Source: a virus
IMG/VR virus record: IMGVR_UViG_3300020050_007391
Coordinates: 1-60,043 of that record
Direction: 5' to 3' (one strand)
DNA length: 60,043 nt
Part shown: positions 52,081 through 59,741 of the stretch, one piece after another
How the letters are laid out: each line of letters opens with the position of its first letter
Numbering within the stretch: position 1 is the first letter of the stretch
Made by a program: the position numbers and the translations under genes
Notes under the pieces: generated by a model
What the model was told of the DNA's origin: nothing
What the model saw: only the letters and a program-made list of their open reading frames with translations
The model's database searches: none

Positions 52081-53464
52081 GAGGAATCTGCCCTTTTATG
52101 ATTGCCACAAGCAGGTCTTGCATAGGGTCTTCGCCATTGATCCCAGCCTCGACAACCTTGTGCATGGCTGCTTTGGCCTCGTTGTTGATTTTGCGCTGAT
52201 GCTCAATGTTCGCAGCACGAACGGCTTCGGCGTCAGCTTTTGCCTTCTCCTCTGCCGCGATACGATCACGCTCACGCTGGGCGGTTTCCTCGTCCCGGCG
52301 CTTTTGTTCTGCCTGCTGGCGCTCTTCTTCCGCCTTGGCCTCCTTTTGCTCTTTCTCGATGGCAGCGGCAAGGCGACCGTCAAGAACCGCCTTAACGTCG
52401 TCACGGGATTTTAGAGCCTGATCAGCAAACTCCTGCCAGTTTGTACGACCATAGATGTCTTCAAGAGTCGTCATACGAACCCTGATTTGCGTTGATCTGT
52501 AAGAATCAGGAACATCGGCGCAGCTTTGCAGGCTGGTAATGGCGGCATTGATAGATGCTTTCCTATCCTCTTCCAGTTTATTTGCGCGGGCTTCGGCCTG
52601 CTCCTTCTCACGCTGGATGCGATCTTGCTCTTCCTGCATTTCCTTGCGCTTTTTCTCCGCCTCCGCCTCTGCCTCCTGACGAGCTTTGTCGGCAGCTTCC
52701 TTGGCGATCCTATCTTCCTCTTCTTTCTTTTTGCGCTTTTCCTCTTCTTCGCGCAGGCGGGAAAGTTCAGCTTGATCGTCGTCAAACTTTTTACGATCAT
52801 TCAGTGCCTTACTGAGTTCCTGAACATTACGATTAAAAAGCCATTGAGCGCGGTCTTTGAATTCCTGCCAGTCACGGGAGGCGATCAGGTCAGAGTTTTG
52901 ATTGATAGCCCTTTCAATTTCATCGACTGGGTAGCTTGGATTTGCCCACTGTTGCAGGATATTCAGTTTCTCAAGGGCGTCTTCATGTCCCTTAACTCTA
53001 TCTTTCTCAATCTGGTTATATTCATCGCGTGGCTTCAATACTTCATCGCGCAATGTGTCGAGGGCTATTCCCATGCGCTTTGCTTCCGACTTCACCTTAT
53101 TGATACGGGCAAGGTCTTCCGCAATGATCTCATCTGCTTTTTCTTTAAGGCGCTCTTTCGCGCTGCCGATTTGTCTGGCGACGGAGCCAATGCGCTCACG
53201 GCCTTTTTTTGTGGTCACATCAAAAACTTCTGACTGAACCTGCTCTTTGATTTTATTTATAACACCATCAAGACCATTCTCTTTTGAGAATGATTCAATG
53301 GTTACAATCGACTGGTTCCCGGCTATCAGAGCAAGGTCAGTTCCACAGTTCATCTCTATTGTTTCTTTCACTCCATCTTCATTGACAATATCAATGCAAT
53401 TGTCTTGTCGCGGTGATTCAGGTGTCGCTTGTTCAGCAAAGTCTATGATCTTTATTTGTTCCAT
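52061..53464 (-). CDS. Large Lys/Glu-rich coiled-coil protein, first gene of the leftward operon.
   Basis: 467 aa with long runs such as EEEKRKKKEEEDRIAKEAADKARQEAEAEAEKKRKEMQEEQDRIQREKEQAEA. Confidence 0.6.
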   Translation of the reverse strand: MEQIKIIDFAEQATPESPRQDNCIDIVNEDGVKETIEMNCGTDLALIAGNQSIVTIESFSKENGLDGVINKIKEQVQSEVFDVTTKKGRERIGSVARQIGSAKERLKEKADEIIAEDLARINKVKSEAKRMGIALDTLRDEVLKPRDEYNQIEKDRVKGHEDALEKLNILQQWANPSYPVDEIERAINQNSDLIASRDWQEFKDRAQWLFNRNVQELSKALNDRKKFDDDQAELSRLREEEEKRKKKEEEDRIAKEAADKARQEAEAEAEKKRKEMQEEQDRIQREKEQAEARANKLEEDRKASINAAITSLQSCADVPDSYRSTQIRVRMTTLEDIYGRTNWQEFADQALKSRDDVKAVLDGRLAAAIEKEQKEAKAEEERQQAEQKRRDEETAQRERDRIAAEEKAKADAEAVRAANIEHQRKINNEAKAAMHKVVEAGINGEDPMQDLLVAIIKGQIPHVSIRY

Positions 53465-53500
53465 TGGTCTTCTCCTTCATTAATACATAGTAACATATTT

Positions 53501-53552
53501 CATTGCTTTTTGAAAAGCAATGATGAAATAGGGTTGCTTTTTAAAAAACAAT
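53501..53552. promoter_or_regulatory. Two adjacent palindromic operator-like sites in the divergent gap.
   Basis: CATTGCTTTTTGAAAAGCAATG (53501..53522) has perfect 10-bp arms. GTTGCTTTTTAAAAAACAAT (53533..53552) is imperfect and touches the ATG at 53551. Confidence 0.55.
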
Positions 53553-53805
53553 GGATAAAAATAAAATCATGATAGTAGATGATCGAATGCAACAAAAACT
53601 TGCCAACCTTGAACGGGTAAAGAAATGGGCCGCCAGAATTGATAAGCTGGCGAAGCGCAAGAAAAACCCGCTGAAAGAAGCTGAGTTCTGCCGTAAACAT
53701 AAATTGCAGATCGCTGGTTTTAATCGCAGCAAGAATGGCGTGTCCTTCCCAAGCCCTAAAACAATCGCCAAAGTCGAGGCGGCATTTAAGGCAGAGAAGG
53801 TTTGA
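53551..53805 (+). CDS. Small basic protein, candidate Cro-like regulator.
   Basis: 84 aa, the first gene next to the palindromes. It has no visible Shine-Dalgarno sequence. EAEFCRKHKLQIAGFNRSKNG could be an HTH. Confidence 0.35.
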   Translation: MDKNKIMIVDDRMQQKLANLERVKKWAARIDKLAKRKKNPLKEAEFCRKHKLQIAGFNRSKNGVSFPSPKTIAKVEAAFKAEKV

Positions 53806-53818
53806 TTCGTCACGGAAC

Positions 53819-53890
53819 GATTGCGGCGTTCTATGTGACTTTTGTAAGCCCTCAGTGGACTGATCTCCTAGCCGCAATCTGGGAGATCAG
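53819..53890 (+). other. Two interleaved perfect 9-bp inverted repeats.
   Basis: GATTGCGGC(53819-53827) pairs with GCCGCAATC(53871-53879). CTGATCTCC(53860-53868) pairs with GGAGATCAG(53882-53890). Confidence 0.6.
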
Positions 53891-53929
53891 CCTATTGGGG
53901 GTATTTGACTTTGTGGGGAGAATTTCTGA

Positions 53930-54622
53930 ATGACTTTACCTTGGTATCCTCGTGACATGGGGAAATACGCCCGCAAGACGGGAACGCTCAGTCTGGTTCA
54001 GCACGGAGCCTATAACCTATTGTTAGATCACTACTATTCGTCTGGTCCGATCAATGCTTTCGAGCAATGCTCCAGCAATGCTTCCCTAATGCCCGATCAT
54101 TCGGGTATCTATCGCCTATGCAAAGCTACAACAAAGGCAGAGCAGGAGGCCGTAGATTTCATCATAAAGAAGTATTTTTACCTCGACGACAAGGGTTTTT
54201 ACCGCAACAAGGAAGCCGATGAAGTAATTGAAATTCAAATGAAAAAGCATGACAACCGGGTGCGGGCCGGAAAGTCAAAAGCAATGCTCAAGCAATGCTC
54301 AAGCAATACCCCCCAGAAGAAGACTAAGAAAAAGATATATTCCCCCCTACCCCCCGAGGGGGAAGAGCCTGCGGCTCGGGTTTCCGTTTCTCGGAAAAGG
54401 GGGGGGGAGATACCCTTCAACATCGAGACTTGGCTGACAGAGCCAGCAAGGGACGAGGCCAGAGCCAACGCACCGCAATGGGATTTGCACACTTTAATCA
54501 TTGATTACAACGAGTTAATCAACGAAGGAAAGATGGAAATGCCCAAAAAACCGAGTTCGGCTTTCCCAAAATGGGTTCTCTCTCGCACCAAGGGTAAGCC
54601 GCCTCCGGGTGTAGCAGATTAA
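53930..54622 (+). CDS. DUF1376 (YdaU-like) protein, likely involved in replication initiation.
   Basis: LPWYPRDMGKYARKTGTLSLVQHGAYNLLLDHYY matches the DUF1376 N-terminal signature. Confidence 0.65.
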   Translation: MTLPWYPRDMGKYARKTGTLSLVQHGAYNLLLDHYYSSGPINAFEQCSSNASLMPDHSGIYRLCKATTKAEQEAVDFIIKKYFYLDDKGFYRNKEADEVIEIQMKKHDNRVRAGKSKAMLKQCSSNTPQKKTKKKIYSPLPPEGEEPAARVSVSRKRGGEIPFNIETWLTEPARDEARANAPQWDLHTLIIDYNELINEGKMEMPKKPSSAFPKWVLSRTKGKPPPGVAD

Positions 54623-54718
54623 AATGGACAACGCGCCAATGGCTTCCGGGGTGCTTTTCTTCCGTCCATAGCCAAAAACATTTCAGGCCACTCAGCGGGC
54701 AAATTTAAGGGAAAAACA

Positions 54719-54919
54719 TTGAGGCAGATTATCGCAATAGATTCTTGGATTTTGGCTCAGGTCAAATGCCATATTCACCCCTTCTGCTGGTACTTCAATG
54801 CTGGGCCGATCTTCAAAGCTGCATTCCGGGATGATGGCCTTATATACAGGTCCGGATTTAAGACAGAGGAAGAGGCGCGGGAATGGGGAAAAAGAGAGGG
54901 GATTTTGAAAGATGAATAA
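54719..54919 (+). CDS. Hypothetical small protein (TTG start).
   Basis: Track ORF. Its stop overlaps the MTase start. Confidence 0.4.
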   Translation: MRQIIAIDSWILAQVKCHIHPFCWYFNAGPIFKAAFRDDGLIYRSGFKTEEEAREWGKREGILKDE

Positions 54920-55604
54920 AGTTCAGATCGGCACGGCGACGCTGTACCTCGGAAAATGCGAGGACATTCTGCCTGAGATCGGCATGGTCGATATTCTGTG
55001 TACCGACGTTCCATACAAATTCAATGCAACCGGCGGCGGGAAGTTTCGAAAGAAACGCACATACATGGATGATATTCAGGCTGCTGATCTTGATGATGGT
55101 TTTGACATCGAGATTATAAACGGCCTGCTCTATCGATCCGCCGTCGTGTTCTGCCACAATGACCAGCTTCATAAGATACTGCCTCATATGGCAGGGCACT
55201 ATAAGCGCCACGCCTTATGCTTCTGGGAAAAGACGAACCCGATACCAATGGCGAACAAACACTATCTGCCAAATATCGAGCCTTACATTCATGCGTGGAA
55301 TGATGGCGGCCATCCTGTCGGTGCGCTGGTCGATAAAAGGCGGACGATCCTGACTACCAATGGAAAGTCTGAATTTGATCATCCGACAGTGAAACCGCTG
55401 GCGGTCATGGAAAAGATCATGCGTAACGTAAACGGCGATTGTGTTCTTGATCCTTACATGGGCACTGGCTCTACTGGTGTAGCTGCCGTTCGCCACGGAA
55501 AAAAGTTTGTCGGCATAGAGGTGAGACAAAAATATTTTGATATCGCCTGCGCGAGAATCGAGAAAGAAATATCGAATAAAACGAGAAACGGTATTGACGA
55601 GTGA
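54912..55604 (+). CDS. Orphan beta-class N6-adenine (or N4-cytosine) DNA methyltransferase.
   Basis: DILCTDVPY (a DPPY-type motif IV) lies N-terminal to HPTVKP and VLDPYMGTGSTGVAA (motif I), which is the beta-class order. No nuclease gene is adjacent. Confidence 0.8.
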   Translation: MNKVQIGTATLYLGKCEDILPEIGMVDILCTDVPYKFNATGGGKFRKKRTYMDDIQAADLDDGFDIEIINGLLYRSAVVFCHNDQLHKILPHMAGHYKRHALCFWEKTNPIPMANKHYLPNIEPYIHAWNDGGHPVGALVDKRRTILTTNGKSEFDHPTVKPLAVMEKIMRNVNGDCVLDPYMGTGSTGVAAVRHGKKFVGIEVRQKYFDIACARIEKEISNKTRNGIDE

Positions 55605-55658
55605 ACAGCAATGATTGAATATGCTACGACGAATCGTTTAACACACATCAAGGAGAAA

Positions 55659-56063
55659 ATGATGTCAGATATCGACGCACAACCGTCAAAAGACGGCGAC
55701 CTGAAAAGTTTCCATTCAATGATCTTGAAACTTGATCACGGTGCCCTTAATGATCTGCTGACGGAGAAGATGAAAGAGGGCATCCGTGAGATTTCAGATG
55801 CCTGTCATGATCGCGGTGGTAAGCATGAAGCCGTTCTTACGCTCAAGCTGAAATTCCAGATGGATCAGAAGGATCGCGTCGTTGAAATCTACCCTGACGT
55901 TGATTGCAAGCTGCCAAAGGCTCCTTTGGGCCGCGCCGGTCTGTATTTCGCCAACGAGAAGGGCGAATTCCTGCGCGAGAATCCGCGTCAGCTCACACTC
56001 GAAGACGAGCTTGAGCGCCAGCGCCGCCAGAAAATGGCTGACGCACAAAATGTTTCTGCGTAA
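55659..56063 (+). CDS. Hypothetical protein.
   Basis: Track ORF 55611..56063. The ATG at 55659 follows AAGGAGAAA. Confidence 0.6.
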   Translation: MMSDIDAQPSKDGDLKSFHSMILKLDHGALNDLLTEKMKEGIREISDACHDRGGKHEAVLTLKLKFQMDQKDRVVEIYPDVDCKLPKAPLGRAGLYFANEKGEFLRENPRQLTLEDELERQRRQKMADAQNVSA

Positions 56064-56096
56064 TCCCCGACACCCATAAAGATAGAAAGTACGAAT

Positions 56097-56993
56097 ATGT
56101 CAGATAAAACAGACGCAAATATCACCCAGATGCTGGCCAATATTCAGCCGCGCTTGGTTGATATTTCCGAACCGGCCAAGGGTACAGCCCAAGTCCTGCT
56201 TGTCCCGAACGGGATGAATGCAGTCAGTATCAATGAGTATCTTGATAAGAACCTTCTTCTGCCGAAGCGCCGCAAGGGTACGATCAAAACGCAGCGCCTT
56301 ACGTCATTCAACGATGTGACGAACCGCTTCAAAAATGAAAGTTCTGCGGTATTTGCTGCCGCCACGGTCAGCGAGCAAGTAATTAATGCCAGCGTGACGA
56401 CGATCCTGAATTATCACCCGGCCAACGGCGTCAATACAGACGCCCAGCATGGAGATCACCGGGTTGAATATAACTTCCCGGTTTCCAAGGAGCTGTTGTT
56501 CTGGCTTTCCAACAACGGTAAGGCAATGACGCAGGCTGATTTTGCTCTGATGCTTGAAGAGCGCATTAACGAAATGACCGTAGCGACGGACGCGGATCGT
56601 GATGCAATTCTCAATCTCTCACCGAAATTTGCTGAACCTCTGGAAATCCTTGAACTGTCAAAACGCCTGACGATCTATTCAGAAGAGGCGACTGTTCAGA
56701 GCGTGAACCTGTCCTCCGGTGAGAAGGAAATCAGGTTCAGCAGCGAGCATAAAGACGCACAAGGCAAACCTGTGAAGGTGCCCGACTTCTTTATGATCCG
56801 CGTTCCTTTGTTTACGGGCGAAAAAGAACACAGGATCGCCGTTCGCCTGCGCTATCGCAAGGCTGGTGCCGGTGTTCTTTGGTACTACGACCTGTATCGC
56901 CTTGATGTCGTTTTCCAAACAGCCTTTGAGCAGGCGCTTGAAGCTGTGAAGAAAGAAACCGGACTTCCGCTTTTCCTCGGCAGCCCGGAATAA
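56097..56993 (+). CDS. Hypothetical protein, possibly DUF2303/YfdQ-like.
   Basis: 298-aa track ORF. The family guess comes only from size and prophage context. Confidence 0.5.
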   Translation: MSDKTDANITQMLANIQPRLVDISEPAKGTAQVLLVPNGMNAVSINEYLDKNLLLPKRRKGTIKTQRLTSFNDVTNRFKNESSAVFAAATVSEQVINASVTTILNYHPANGVNTDAQHGDHRVEYNFPVSKELLFWLSNNGKAMTQADFALMLEERINEMTVATDADRDAILNLSPKFAEPLEILELSKRLTIYSEEATVQSVNLSSGEKEIRFSSEHKDAQGKPVKVPDFFMIRVPLFTGEKEHRIAVRLRYRKAGAGVLWYYDLYRLDVVFQTAFEQALEAVKKETGLPLFLGSPE

Positions 56994-57016
56994 TCCACCA
57001 ACCCTAAACCAAGAAA

Positions 57017-57241
57017 GTGAATACCATGAACAATGATCAAGAAACACCGCAGGTTGAAGAAAACACAGAAGCTCAGGCGTCTGCACCAGCAAATTCATCC
57101 GAAGTGAATGGCGACAGCCCGCAGTCTGATGAGCCTGCAAAAGAAACAGAGGCGTCCGAAGGCGAGACAGCAGCAGAACCGGCAGCAACCGAAGAGGCTA
57201 CTGAATCGAAAAACGTCGAATCTGGAGAAGCTGCGGCGTAA
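57017..57241 (+). CDS. Very acidic low-complexity protein. An alternative ATG start lies at 57026.
   Basis: By my count, about 19 Asp/Glu and 2 Lys in 74 aa. Confidence 0.5.
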   Translation: MNTMNNDQETPQVEENTEAQASAPANSSEVNGDSPQSDEPAKETEASEGETAAEPAATEEATESKNVESGEAAA

Positions 57242-57267
57242 CCGCACTGATTTGTTTGTCATTTTAG

Positions 57268-57300
57268 AACTTCCCCTCGGGGCACCGAGGGGAAGTTTAT
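57268..57300 (+). terminator. Rho-independent terminator.
   Basis: A perfect 13-bp stem, AACTTCCCCTCGG / CCGAGGGGAAGTT, with loop GGCA, followed by TAT. Confidence 0.7.
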
Positions 57301-57715
57301 GAGGTGGTAAACTGATTACCTACAGATACCCTAGCGAAACGGAAGCGTTGATCTGGTGAAAGTAACTGCCGTTGATGTGTGAGGCAGGTAGGATAGCCGG
57401 GGAGTGGATGGAGTAGGTGTGTCCGACACGTTTTCGGATGAAAGTGCGAATGGATTTTAAATCCACGAGCCGGTGAACGCCGACTGTATAGAACAGGCTT
57501 GAGATAGCCGTAGGCGTGACAGAAAGCTAGCGTGTAGCTGGCAGGTTGGCGAGAGGGCCGACGCCTTTCTTAGAGAGCCGAGGTGTTGTGTTTGAATCTC
57601 CTCGGCTCTCTTGGACGGGAACAAACCTTTCCCGGTGAGTGTTGGCGGCAGGTGACGCTAACATTCTCCCGGAGAGGGAAACTTTTCCGGATTAACCCCA
57701 ACAAGAATAAAGGAA
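57301..57715 (+). other. About 415 nt of non-coding, hairpin-rich sequence of unknown role (ncRNA, long 5' leader or origin).
   Basis: No credible ORF. A 12-bp perfect stem pairs 57572-57583 with 57600-57611. Several 5-6 bp hairpins are present, and GGCAGGT occurs three times. Confidence 0.4.
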
Positions 57716-57721
57716 GTGAAT

Positions 57722-57955
57722 ATGATTGTGCTTGTTACCGGCCCGGACGGGCAAAAACGCCTTGGTCGCTCAAAGAGCAAGAATGCAGCAATTCAAGCAG
57801 TCGTGGCGGAGCAGTACACTGCACGTCCCGTAAACGCTGACGAGCTGGTTGATCTGATGGATCAGGGTTTGAAGGTTGAGGATTTCATGGGTGCGGAAGA
57901 AGTCGCGTCCGATGAAGCCGAAACTTCACCTCAGACGGTGGCCGTCAATGGCTAA
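57722..57955 (+). CDS. Hypothetical protein, coupled to csp.
   Basis: ATG at 57722 follows AAGGAAG. Its 3' end overlaps the csp start by 8 nt. Confidence 0.55.
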   Translation: MIVLVTGPDGQKRLGRSKSKNAAIQAVVAEQYTARPVNADELVDLMDQGLKVEDFMGAEEVASDEAETSPQTVAVNG

Positions 57956-58190
57956 TCGCGCAGGAATCCAGAAGAAGGGTACGGTGAAGTGGTTTAACTC
58001 TGCGAAGGGTTTCGGCTTCATTGCTCCAGAAGACGGCGGTAACGACGTGTTCGTACACATTACAGCCGTTCAGAAGTCAGGGCTGAATACTCTTAACGAG
58101 GGCGATGTCGTGAATTTCAGCATTGAAGAAAGTCGCGGAAAATTCGTTGCTGCTGATTTAACCCTGCTTGAACATGGGCAGAGACGGTGA
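57948..58190 (+). CDS. csp: Cold-shock domain protein (CspA family).
   Basis: [32 protein letters not shown] contains the RNP1 (KGFGFI) and RNP2 (VFVH) motifs. Confidence 0.9.
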   Translation: MANRAGIQKKGTVKWFNSAKGFGFIAPEDGGNDVFVHITAVQKSGLNTLNEGDVVNFSIEESRGKFVAADLTLLEHGQRR

Positions 58191-58199
58191 TAGCTTAAA

Positions 58200-58222
58200 G
58201 GTTCTTCTCCCCAAGAAGAACC
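58200..58222 (+). terminator. Stem-loop after csp.
   Basis: GGTTCTTC, loop TCCCCAA, GAAGAACC. The 8-bp stem is perfect. Confidence 0.5.
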
Positions 58223-58250
58223 CTGTCTCTCTGTTTCCCCAAACACTTAA

Positions 58251-58281
58251 ACCCCCGTCCTTGTGGCGGGGGTTTTTGTTT
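58251..58281. terminator. Rho-independent terminator in the convergent gap.
   Basis: ACCCCCG / CGGGGGT stem followed by TTTTGTTT. Confidence 0.75.
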
Positions 58282-58361
58282 GGTACGCTTGTCTCAAGCG
58301 ACAGCGAGTTCACGCTTGGTCAGAAAAATGTTGTAGTGACCGCCCTGATACCAGCATCTCG

Positions 58362-59039
58362 CTATGCAGATTCCTCCATTTCGATCATATTCTTCACGCT
58401 CTGGGGTTTGTAAATCCGGTCAGTGACTTTCTTCTTCTCGATCACGCGGAATCCAGCCGTACCCAACCTCTCCCCGATCTCACGATACGACAAGCCATCG
58501 AGCCGTAAGCTTTTTGCCATGGCGATTGCCTCTGGCGGTGGCGGGGTTCGGCCTTCGCACCTGCCATCCTTTTCACGTTTCCGGGCGCGGGCGTCGCCCA
58601 TTTTCTTCACGAGGCTCTTTTTTTCGTATTGGGATACGGCCGCGATGATGATTCGCAGCATTTCCGCCGTTGGCGTTTCGTCAAGGAAATGGTTCGGGGC
58701 GTCCACAGGGATCAGGCTGATCCCGGCCTTCTTCAAGTCTTCATGGCCCATGAGCTGCACCATGACGTCGCGGGCGAACCGGTTGGCGGTTTCGACCAAG
58801 ATCAGATCAATGGAATTTGCCATGGCGTAATCGACCAGCTTCTTGAACTCAGGGCGAAGGCCGACAGCTATCGTGCCGGACACCCCATCGTCGTAATATT
58901 CTTTCACGACCTGAATACTCTCCCGGAGGGCATATTTCCGGACGGCCTCCTGCTGGCGCGGCAGGGTGTCTTTTTCCTCCCCGACGCCCGACGCCGATGA
59001 GGTTCTGTAGTACGCCAAAGCACGTTTTTGAAAAGCCAT
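58362..59039 (-). CDS. Small serine recombinase (resolvase/invertase family) with a C-terminal HTH.
   Basis: ALAYYRTSS...RQQEAV...YYDDGVSGT...RPEFKKLV...DLILVETANRFARD is the resolvase catalytic-domain pattern. The C-terminal LSYREIGERLG is HTH-like. The ATG at 59039 follows GGGAGA. Confidence 0.85.
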   Translation of the reverse strand: MAFQKRALAYYRTSSASGVGEEKDTLPRQQEAVRKYALRESIQVVKEYYDDGVSGTIAVGLRPEFKKLVDYAMANSIDLILVETANRFARDVMVQLMGHEDLKKAGISLIPVDAPNHFLDETPTAEMLRIIIAAVSQYEKKSLVKKMGDARARKREKDGRCEGRTPPPPEAIAMAKSLRLDGLSYREIGERLGTAGFRVIEKKKVTDRIYKPQSVKNMIEMEESA

Positions 59040-59056
59040 GTTTTCTCCCGTTTTTC

Positions 59057-59166
59057 CCGTCAACTATACCCCTAATTGTTGACACGGTGAATAGTCGTTT
59101 AATCTTTGTATATCAATGACTTAGCCATTTTATGACATACCCTAAAAATAGGCGTCAACTATCGCC
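59057..59166. promoter_or_regulatory. Repeated GTCAAC/GTTGAC half-sites upstream of the recombinase gene, a candidate res or att site.
   Basis: CGTCAACTAT occurs at 59058 and 59153, an inverted GTTGACACG at 59078, and ATACCC(C)TAA cores at 59065 and 59137. Confidence 0.45.
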
Positions 59167-59228
59167 GGATAATTTAAAAACCCAAAAACAGGTCAGTTTT
59201 ATTGATTTTGTCGTTATATATCAATTAT

Positions 59229-59741
59229 TTACTTATAATCCAGAAACTTTGACAGCTCAGGAGGTAAAATTTCCCTTCTGACGGCAGAAAGTGTGCCAAC
59301 CGGGTATCGCTTTATGCCAACTACAATGGCTCCGTCGCATTGGAATGATAGTCCGTCTTGGTCGCAGTCTGGATCGTTTTCGATCTCTCCATACGGCTCG
59401 ACCTGATAAACAACCCCGTCCCTCTTGGCATTGTCAGCGGTGAGGGCCTCGATGGCATCTTTCAAGGCAATTCCGGACTGATTTAATTCATACCAGCGTT
59501 TTTGCGCCTCCTCTCCGATTTCTTCTGTAGGCGCTTTTACTATCGGCGCTTCAAACCATGTCATATTGTTGTATGGGGCTTTCTCACCCAATGCGGCAAC
59601 GGCGTTTTGAAATCGTGTCGCGCACAATACAAGATATGAAACAGATGCCGCCTGCACGTATTCCTTGTGGGGAATAACCTCAGTGGGCTTTTCGTTAAAA
59701 TACTGGTTACTATTCGTGCTTATCCAAATTCGATTAGACAT
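59229..59741 (-). CDS. Hypothetical protein (170 aa).
   Basis: Track ORF 59229..59780. The ATG at 59741 overlaps the stop of the junction-spanning ORF (ATGTCTAA). Confidence 0.6.
   Translation of the reverse strand: MSNRIWISTNSNQYFNEKPTEVIPHKEYVQAASVSYLVLCATRFQNAVAALGEKAPYNNMTWFEAPIVKAPTEEIGEEAQKRWYELNQSGIALKDAIEALTADNAKRDGVVYQVEPYGEIENDPDCDQDGLSFQCDGAIVVGIKRYPVGTLSAVRREILPPELSKFLDYK

Noticed and set aside
57301-57715. A tRNA or tmRNA gene in the large non-coding gap.
   Set aside because: I could not assemble a cloverleaf. There is no GTTCRANYC T-loop flanked by a 5-bp stem, no 7-bp acceptor pairing, and the TGGAT/ATCCA hairpin has a 5-nt loop rather than 7 nt. A covariance-model scan should still be run.
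57583-57840. An 85-aa + strand ORF spanning the end of the non-coding gap and the next gene.
   Set aside because: It has no RBS, overlaps the better-supported gene at 57722 in another frame, and its sequence is Arg/Cys/Ser-rich and nonsensical.
58423-59000. Plus-strand ORFs (135 aa and 123 aa) opposite the serine recombinase gene.
   Set aside because: The minus-strand translation carries the full resolvase catalytic signature, so the plus-strand frames are shadows.
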